From: a bacterium
GTDB lineage: Bacteria > Patescibacteriota > Minisyncoccia > Moranbacterales > GWC2-37-73
NCBI GenBank assembly: GCA_003251635.1
Contig: QKEW01000008.1
Span: 110,860 to 174,859 of the forward strand
Length of the DNA: 64,000 bases
Direction of reading: 5' to 3'
In this document: in pieces, positions 57,969-64,000 of the stretch
How the letters are laid out: each line of letters starts with the position of its first letter
How positions within the stretch are numbered: position 1 is the first letter of the stretch
Made by a program: the position numbers and the translations under genes
The notes under the pieces: generated by a model
The model's database searches: none
The model's input: the letters and a program-made list of their open reading frames with translations, nothing else
What the model was told of the DNA's origin: nothing

Positions 57969-58862
57969 ATGCCGACGATTTATAATCAAGCGGATAGAAA
58001 TACGACTTTGACGTGGATTTATATCAGCGGCTTTTTGGTGTTCGTGATTGGCGCGGGATTTGTTTTTTCCGAGGCCATGGGTAATCGAGCCATTCTTTTC
58101 GGGGCGGTCATTTTTTCAATTCTGATGAGCTTCGTGTCTTATTGGTGGAGCGACAAGATTGTCTTGGCTATGAGCGATGCCAAAGAGGTAACTCACGAAG
58201 ATGGGCGAGAAATTTATCATTTGGTGGAAAATCTTTGCATCACGGCCGGTTTGCCGGTTCCTAAGATCTATACTATTCAAGACAGCGCCATGAATGCTTT
58301 TGCCACCGGACGTAATCCGGAGCATGGAGTTATTTGTTTAACTAGCGGAATAATTAATCGATTGGAAAAAAGCGAATTGGAAGGCGTGATTGCTCATGAG
58401 CTTTCACATATTGGTAATCGAGACATCTTGCTTTCGACGGTCATTGTGGTTTTGGTTGGTTTTGTGACTCTGTTGGCGGACTGGTTTCGTCACTGGGCTT
58501 TTTGGGGCGGCAAAAGTGATGATCGAGATCGCGGACAACTACAAGTCATTTTGATGGTAGCAGCGATTGTGCTTTCAATTTTGGCGCCGATCGCGGCGGT
58601 TTTGATGCAGCTGGCGATTTCGCGAAAACGGGAATTTTTGGCGGATGCAGATGGGGCGCTTTTGACTCGCTATCCGGAAGGACTAGCTAGGGCTTTGGAA
58701 AAAATTTCAAATGACAGTGAAAAACTGGAAGTAGCCAATCGGGCCACGGCTCATCTTTTCATCGCCAATCCTTTTAAAGGTAAAAAAGTTTCATCACTGT
58801 TTTTAACTCACCCGCCGATTGAAGAGCGCATCGCGGCGCTGCGGGGAATTGAAAATAAGTAA
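57969..58862 (+). CDS. htpX: M48 zinc metalloprotease HtpX
   Basis: NAFATGR, AHELSH, SRKREFLAD, THPPIEERI motifs; follows lemA. Confidence 0.95.
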   Translation: MPTIYNQADRNTTLTWIYISGFLVFVIGAGFVFSEAMGNRAILFGAVIFSILMSFVSYWWSDKIVLAMSDAKEVTHEDGREIYHLVENLCITAGLPVPKIYTIQDSAMNAFATGRNPEHGVICLTSGIINRLEKSELEGVIAHELSHIGNRDILLSTVIVVLVGFVTLLADWFRHWAFWGGKSDDRDRGQLQVILMVAAIVLSILAPIAAVLMQLAISRKREFLADADGALLTRYPEGLARALEKISNDSEKLEVANRATAHLFIANPFKGKKVSSLFLTHPPIEERIAALRGIENK

Positions 58863-58883
58863 TCTTCTTTTTTTAGAAAACGA

Positions 58884-58920
58884 AAAAACCGCCGGACGAT
58901 TTGCTGTCTCGGCGGTTTTT
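58884..58920. terminator. Bidirectional terminator
   Basis: aaaaaccgccg...cggcggttttt between convergent genes. Confidence 0.8.
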
Positions 58921-58940
58921 AATGTCACTTAGTTGACTAA

Positions 58941-59459
58941 TTATTCCATTAATTTCATTTTGAAATATTCCAGTTTCGCCCTTTTTTCATTTCCAAAAGC
59001 GATTGCATATAGCAGATTTTTATCTTTAGAGTCTGTCTCGAAATATTGAGACAGAGTTTTTTTTATATCGTCCAACTTTCTTGTGTAATAAAGGTGGAGC
59101 AATGACCCCCCATGTATTCCAAGCAGTAATACTATTACAGGTGTAAATTCTGCTTTAATTCCAAGGAAAGCAATGTTTATCGAGATTAGCATGAAAAACG
59201 CTAGCTCGATAATTATTGTTAGCCAGCCTGGCATCCAGCCGAACGGTCTGGACCTTTTTCGTGATTTTTTGAGATATTTTGGAACTTTTTGGCGAATTTC
59301 CAAAATATCTTTCCAGGTTCCTTCAATTGCTTTTATTCTTTGTTCAATTTCTTCTTCTGAATATAAAATTTCTCCTATCAATATATAGGGCTGCTTTCCA
59401 AATTCGACTTGGCATCTTTTAACAACCCCAGCTTTCAGTAGTTCTTGCAGTGTAGACAT
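58941..59459 (-). CDS. Orphan two-TM protein
   Basis: 172 aa; GAAAGGAG SD. Confidence 0.7.
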   Translation of the reverse strand: MSTLQELLKAGVVKRCQVEFGKQPYILIGEILYSEEEIEQRIKAIEGTWKDILEIRQKVPKYLKKSRKRSRPFGWMPGWLTIIIELAFFMLISINIAFLGIKAEFTPVIVLLLGIHGGSLLHLYYTRKLDDIKKTLSQYFETDSKDKNLLYAIAFGNEKRAKLEYFKMKLME

Positions 59460-59582
59460 GGCACGACTCCTTTCTTGAAAACAAGCTTAAAAAGGTGATA
59501 CTATGGAATTATCCAAATGACTTTTGTTAATGAGCTGAGTTAATCATTTTGACTCATTTTTTTAAAAAACGCAAGTGGAATT

Positions 59583-60047
59583 TTGAATTATAAACTTATG
59601 TGGCCGGCGAAAAAAATCAAAAACGATGGGAAATATGAATGGACGGATCATTCGAAATTCAAGATGCAGTTTTATGGTCTCAGTCCCCAACGGGTGACGC
59701 GGGTGATCAAAAGTCCGCTGCGAGTGGAAAATGGAATTGTGGAAAACACAGTGGCCGTCATGCAGCCAGTCAGCACTAAAAGAGGCGAGGATGGTAAGAA
59801 GACTTGGTCGCAGGAGATTTGGGTAATGTATCAGGTAAAAACGCAAAACGCGAAACGCAAAACGCGAAACGTTATGAATCAAAAGCAAAATAAAAATGAC
59901 AAGCTAGTGGAGTTGCGACAGCAGATTAGTGGGAGTTTGAACAAGAAAATCGTTATTATTTCAGCCTGGCGCTATCCTGGCAAAACCGAAGAGGGCGAGG
60001 GTTTGCCGGCCGAAATTTTGCAGGAAATCGAAAGTGCGCTAAACTGA
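59583..60047 (+). CDS. Hypothetical protein, DUF4258/RelE-BrnT-like pattern, with heptamer insertion
   Basis: WTDHSKFKM...LS...V..VIKSP...IWVMY...IISAWRY; start may be ATG 59598. Confidence 0.55.
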   Translation: MNYKLMWPAKKIKNDGKYEWTDHSKFKMQFYGLSPQRVTRVIKSPLRVENGIVENTVAVMQPVSTKRGEDGKKTWSQEIWVMYQVKTQNAKRKTRNVMNQKQNKNDKLVELRQQISGSLNKKIVIISAWRYPGKTEEGEGLPAEILQEIESALN

Positions 60048-60123
60048 AATCAATAGGGCGCAAGAAAGAAATTTCTTGCCAAAAGGTATTAACTAAACAG
60101 GCTAATTAAATTATTTTAAATTT

Positions 60124-60492
60124 ATGGAACAAGAAAACAAAGATCAACAAGTTGTTGAAAATGGTACCGTGGAGCAAAAAGCGCCAGAAACAGAAACTGT
60201 TTCAAAAGAGGCGGTTTCCGGTCAGGACAAGTTTTGGGCTTTTCTGAGTTATTTGGGAGTGTTGTTTTTGATCCCATTGCTCCTTAAGAGAGATTCAAAG
60301 TTTATTCAGCACCATGCTAAGCAGGGATTGGTAATGTTTATCGCAGAGTTCTTCTTCTGGATCCCACTTTTTGGCTGGATTTTGGCTCTGATTATTTTCA
60401 TCTTTTGGATTATGGCGATCATTCAGGTTGTTTCCGGTGAAATGAAACCGTTGCCGATCGTGGGTGATTTGGCTAAGAAATTAGACATCTAG
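60124..60492 (+). CDS. DUF4870-like membrane protein
   Basis: AFLSYL, FIQHHAKQGL, PLPIVG motifs. Confidence 0.8.
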   Translation: MEQENKDQQVVENGTVEQKAPETETVSKEAVSGQDKFWAFLSYLGVLFLIPLLLKRDSKFIQHHAKQGLVMFIAEFFFWIPLFGWILALIIFIFWIMAIIQVVSGEMKPLPIVGDLAKKLDI

Positions 60493-60506
60493 TTTTGCTT
60501 TCCATT

Positions 60507-60535
60507 GCAGGCGGCCTTCAAAGGTCGCCTGTTTT
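60507..60535 (+). terminator. Intrinsic terminator
   Basis: gcaggcggcc-ttcaaa-ggtcgcctgt followed by T residues. Confidence 0.65.
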
Positions 60536-60571
60536 GCGTTATTATGGAGATATAAGTAATAAAAAAACTTT

Positions 60572-61996
60572 ATGGACAAAAAAACCAAAATTGTGGCGAC
60601 AATTGGATTGGCTAGTGAATCGGAAGAAATCTTGCGTCAGATGATTGAAAACGGGATGAATGTGGCGCGATTGAATTTTTCGCATGGAACACACGAATGG
60701 CATGGCAATGTGATTGGAATCATCCGAAAGTTGGCAGCTGAGATGGGAGTCAATGTCGGAATTTTGGCAGATTTGCAAGGGCCGCGCATTCGGACCTTAA
60801 CCGAGAAAGAATTTGAAATTGCCAAGGGAGAAATTGTTGAAGTGGGTGATGTTTCTGGATCTTCAGAAGCTAAATCAGAGAGCAAATTTTTTCAACTGGA
60901 TGTGTCCGGCATTGTTCAGGACATTGAAATTGGTCATGAAATTTTGGTGGAGGATGGCTTGATGAAATTGGCGGTTAGGGAAAAAAAGAACGGAATTTTG
61001 AGTTGCGAAGTTGTTGATGGCGGAATAATCAAAAATCACAAGGGAGTCAACATTCCGGATGCTCAGCTGAAAATCAGTCCGATCACGGAAAAAGATGAAA
61101 AAGATCTGGTCTTTTCTTTGGATCAAGATGTCGATTTTGTGGCCATGTCTTTTGTGAGCACATCTGAGGATATTGAAAATTTGCGATCAAAAATTAAAAA
61201 TCATTTGGGACGAGAAAATGATTTACCGCAAATTGTGGCCAAGATTGAAAGAAAAGAAGCGATCAAAAACTTAGATGAAGTTATCGAAGCAACTGACGCG
61301 GTGATGGTGGCGCGCGGCGATTTGGGCATTGAAATTGAAACATCCAAAGTGGCGGTCCTGCAAAAAGAAATTATTCACAAAAGTTTGGAACGAGTTAAGC
61401 CAGTGATTGTGGCCACTCAAATGCTCAACTCTATGATTGAAAATCCACGGCCAACCAGAGCGGAGGTTAGTGATGTTTCCAATGCGGTTATTGATCATGC
61501 CGACGCGGTGATGCTCAGTGGCGAATCAGCTAGTGGTAAATATCCAGTCGAGAGCGTTCGAATCATGGCGGATATTATCAGAAACACCGAAGTTTCGCCA
61601 TTTGATGATGTGATAGGCAAACTAAAAATCAAGGACGAGCAGAATTATAATGAAATCGTTTCGGGAGCTTATGAATTGGCCAAGTCTTCCGGAGTCAAAG
61701 CAATTTTACTTGGTAGCTATTCCGGATTTACTGCGCGGCTCATTTCACATTTTCGACCAGCTCAACCAATTTTGACAGTGACTAGTAATCCAAAAACCTT
61801 CAATCAACTGGCTTTGGTTTGGGGGGTTAGGGCGCGATTTTTTGAAAAAGGCGGCGTTTTTCGTGAGGATATTGATTGGTTGGTTGATCAGTCCAAGCAA
61901 GCAGGAGATTTGCAAATTGATGACAAAACAGTTTTGATTATGGGTCGAATGGAAAATGAAAAAATTCGTTTGATTGGTTTGAAGGAGATTGAGTAG
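60572..61996 (+). CDS. pyk: Pyruvate kinase
   Basis: TKIVATIG, ARLNFSHG, AKIE, MVARGDLG, ATQML, MLSGES motifs. Confidence 0.98.
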   Translation: MDKKTKIVATIGLASESEEILRQMIENGMNVARLNFSHGTHEWHGNVIGIIRKLAAEMGVNVGILADLQGPRIRTLTEKEFEIAKGEIVEVGDVSGSSEAKSESKFFQLDVSGIVQDIEIGHEILVEDGLMKLAVREKKNGILSCEVVDGGIIKNHKGVNIPDAQLKISPITEKDEKDLVFSLDQDVDFVAMSFVSTSEDIENLRSKIKNHLGRENDLPQIVAKIERKEAIKNLDEVIEATDAVMVARGDLGIEIETSKVAVLQKEIIHKSLERVKPVIVATQMLNSMIENPRPTRAEVSDVSNAVIDHADAVMLSGESASGKYPVESVRIMADIIRNTEVSPFDDVIGKLKIKDEQNYNEIVSGAYELAKSSGVKAILLGSYSGFTARLISHFRPAQPILTVTSNPKTFNQLALVWGVRARFFEKGGVFREDIDWLVDQSKQAGDLQIDDKTVLIMGRMENEKIRLIGLKEIE

Positions 61997-62165
61997 ACGT
62001 GGAACGTGGAACGCGGAGCCTGCTTCTGGCTTGCGGTTTTGGTTAAAATCGGGTAGGATAGCTTCTAGCTGTTAGTTGTTGGGCGTTCAGCTAATTAGTT
62101 TTTGTTATTTGTTTTGGGTTGTAAGTTTTTAGTCATTAGTCGTGGGTTGTTAGTTATAAGTTATT
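61996..62165. repeat. Degenerate 7-bp-periodic tract
   Basis: acgtgga acgtgga acgcgga, then G/T-rich units with ~7-nt periodicity (tagtt/tagct/gggtt). Confidence 0.6.
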
Positions 62166-62166
62166 T

Positions 62167-62233
62167 GGAGAGGTCGCATATCATCGCGTAGCGAGACCCC
62201 GCTTCGCGGTGGGTGGTCGAGTGCACATGCTTG
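62167..62233 (+). pseudogene. tRNA-Ser 5' half with a 32-nt D-arm insertion
   Basis: ggagaggtcgcata + insert + gtggtcgagtgcac, matching the first 28 nt of the downstream tRNA. Confidence 0.75.
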
Positions 62234-62256
62234 TTAACAATTTGTCAAAATTTTTT

Positions 62257-62346
62257 GGAGAGGTCGCATAGTGGTCGAGTGCACCGCCTTGGAAAGGCGG
62301 CATACTGTCAAAGGTATCGGGAGTTCGAATCTCCCCCTCTCCGCCA
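62257..62346 (+). tRNA. tRNA-Ser(GGA)
   Basis: GGAGAGG/CCTCTCC acceptor stem, ccgcc-ttGGAaa-ggcgg anticodon arm, long variable arm, TTCGAAT loop, G discriminator plus CCA. Confidence 0.97.
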
Positions 62347-62414
62347 AGGTATAAAAACTAAATGTGTCACAAGACGCTGAAAACTTGAATCTTTTTGTTG
62401 CCGTCAATTATAAT

Positions 62415-62768
62415 ATGAGCATTTCTAAATGGCTTGAAAAATTTAAAAATTGTTGGCAAAGCCATGATGTTGATGGAATTTTGAGTTTGTTTTATGAAAG
62501 GGTGGCTTATTATGAAACACCTTTTTTAAAACTGGAAAAAAAGTCTCTGACTGAGGAATGGCAGAATATTGTTGATCAAAAAAACATAAATTTGAATCTT
62601 GAAATATTTTCTAGTTTTAAAGATAAACATTCAGTCATTTGGGAACTTTCATATTTTGACAAAGAAAATGTTAAACAGAAGATGGCCGGAATTTATCTGA
62701 TCGAGTTGGATGGGAATGGCAAGTGTATTTATTTTTATCAAGTTGGTGAGGTGCTAGCGGAGGCTTAA
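62415..62768 (+). CDS. SnoaL/NTF2-like protein
   Basis: WLEKFKNCWQSHDVDGILSLF...YYETPF; GIYLIELDGNGKC. Confidence 0.75.
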   Translation: MSISKWLEKFKNCWQSHDVDGILSLFYERVAYYETPFLKLEKKSLTEEWQNIVDQKNINLNLEIFSSFKDKHSVIWELSYFDKENVKQKMAGIYLIELDGNGKCIYFYQVGEVLAEA

Positions 62769-62845
62769 TCAGATAAATTTTTGCACTTTTTTCCAAACCG
62801 CCTATACTCTGGTATATTAGCGGTTTTTGATTGTAGTAAGGTCAT

Positions 62846-64000
62846 ATGAATTCAGCAGTGGATGACATCAAGTCCCGAATCAATATCGTAGATTTGGTCG
62901 GGGAATATGTGAAATTGCAAAAGGCAGGCGCCAACTGGAAAGCCTGTTGTCCTTTTCATAATGAAAAAAGCCCCTCGTTCATGGTTAATGAAGAAAAGCA
63001 GATTTTTCACTGTTTTGGTTGTGGCAAAGGCGGGGACATGTTCACTTTCTTGATGGAAATTGAGAGTTTAGAGTTTCGCGAAGCTTTGAAGATTTTGGCT
63101 GAAAAGTCTGGTGTGCAGTTGGAAAACTTCAATCCCGAAGCTCAAAAGGGCAAGAATCGAGTCCTGGAAGCTCTGGAGTGGGCCACTAAGTTTTGGGAAA
63201 AGCAGCTCTGGGAAGGATCCGGCAAGGATAAAATTTTGAAATATCTGAGCGAGCGGGGATTGACTTCGGACAGCATCCGCCAGTTTCGAATAGGTTACGC
63301 ACCGGAGGGTTGGAACAACTTGTTTAATTTTCTCTTGCAAAAAGGTTTTGCGGTTGAGGATATTTTGGGTGCCGGATTGATTATTGATAAGGAAATCGGC
63401 GCCAACCGTTATTATGACCGTTTTCGAGACCGGATCATGTTTCCAATTGAAGATGCGATGGGCAAGGTGATAGGTTTCAGCGCGCGAGTGGCCCCGGGCG
63501 GCGATGAGAGTCAGGCTAAATATATCAACACGCCAGAAACGACAGTTTATCACAAGAGCAAAGTTCTCTATGGAATATCAAAAGCCAAACAGGCTATCAA
63601 GGAGAAGGATTTTGTTTTGTTAGTGGAAGGCAATATGGATGTGATTGCGGCTCATCAAGCCGGGCTTAGAAATACGGTAGCGGCCTCAGGCACAGCTTTG
63701 ACTGTTGAACAATTGGCAATTTTGCGGCGTTACACCAATTCCAAAAACATCAAGATGCTTTTTGATATGGATAGTGCCGGTCAAAATGCGGCCAAAAAGA
63801 GTCTGGAACTTTATCTGTTGAACTTTTTTGGCAGTGGAATCATTCCGTCGGTAGTTTTTTTGGAAAACGGCAAGGATGCGGCCGATGCAGTCAAGGATGA
63901 TCCGGCGAGCTTGCTCCGGGCAGTGGAAAATTCTCAAAGCGCCCTGGACTACTTCTGGCGCCAGCTCTTGAAAAAATATGACCAGAAAAATCCTCAGCAG
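62846..64000 (+). CDS. dnaG: DNA primase (truncated by the window end)
   Basis: Manual translation: CPFHNEKSPSF...HCFGCG zinc finger, YYDRFRDRIMFPI, KYINTPET, VEGNMDV, FDMDSAG; absent from the ORF track because there is no stop. Confidence 0.97.
   Translation, partial: MNSAVDDIKSRINIVDLVGEYVKLQKAGANWKACCPFHNEKSPSFMVNEEKQIFHCFGCGKGGDMFTFLMEIESLEFREALKILAEKSGVQLENFNPEAQKGKNRVLEALEWATKFWEKQLWEGSGKDKILKYLSERGLTSDSIRQFRIGYAPEGWNNLFNFLLQKGFAVEDILGAGLIIDKEIGANRYYDRFRDRIMFPIEDAMGKVIGFSARVAPGGDESQAKYINTPETTVYHKSKVLYGISKAKQAIKEKDFVLLVEGNMDVIAAHQAGLRNTVAASGTALTVEQLAILRRYTNSKNIKMLFDMDSAGQNAAKKSLELYLLNFFGSGIIPSVVFLENGKDAADAVKDDPASLLRAVENSQSALDYFWRQLLKKYDQKNPQQ

Noticed and set aside
63068-63937. Minus-strand ORFs of 161 and 83 aa
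   Set aside because: Antisense to dnaG, which is open on the plus strand
1-64000. Prophage, retron/DGR or alternative genetic code
   Set aside because: No phage structural, integrase or reverse transcriptase motifs; conserved genes are intact under code 11 and several end in TGA

Overview
AT-rich bacterial chromosome segment using the standard genetic code. Gene content and style suggest a Patescibacteria/CPR (Parcubacteria-like) genome; this is an inference. The window holds the replication-origin gene block (khpB/jag-yidC-rnpA-rpmH <> dnaA-dnaN-dciA-rpsT) and DNA replication/repair genes (holA, mutM, polA, ruvB, ruvC, ruvA, partial dnaG). It also holds envelope genes (two O-antigen-ligase-like, flippase, class A PBP, FemAB-like, murE, lemA, htpX), pilus-related genes, pyk and tRNA-Ser(GGA). 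The main oddities are: (1) a ~6.3-kb modular island (36270-42532) built from REP-like inverted repeats around a DUF559 nuclease, two TrmB regulators, a terminator in three copies, and orphan gene cassettes with repeated junctions; (2) a dispersed class of orphan genes with strong Shine-Dalgarno sites, unlike the largely SD-less core genes; (3) a five-gene cluster with four ATP-grasp ligases, one fused to a retropepsin-like peptidase; (4) a PilB/GspE ATPase carrying two complete motor domains; (5) a promoter-driven structured RNA in front of two paralogous secreted orphans; (6) an oriC-like DnaA-box/AT-rich cluster about 11.5 kb upstream of dnaA; (7) 7-bp-periodic repeats that invade coding sequences; (8) an interrupted tRNA-Ser 5' half. 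All family assignments come from motif recognition by eye, not from database searches.
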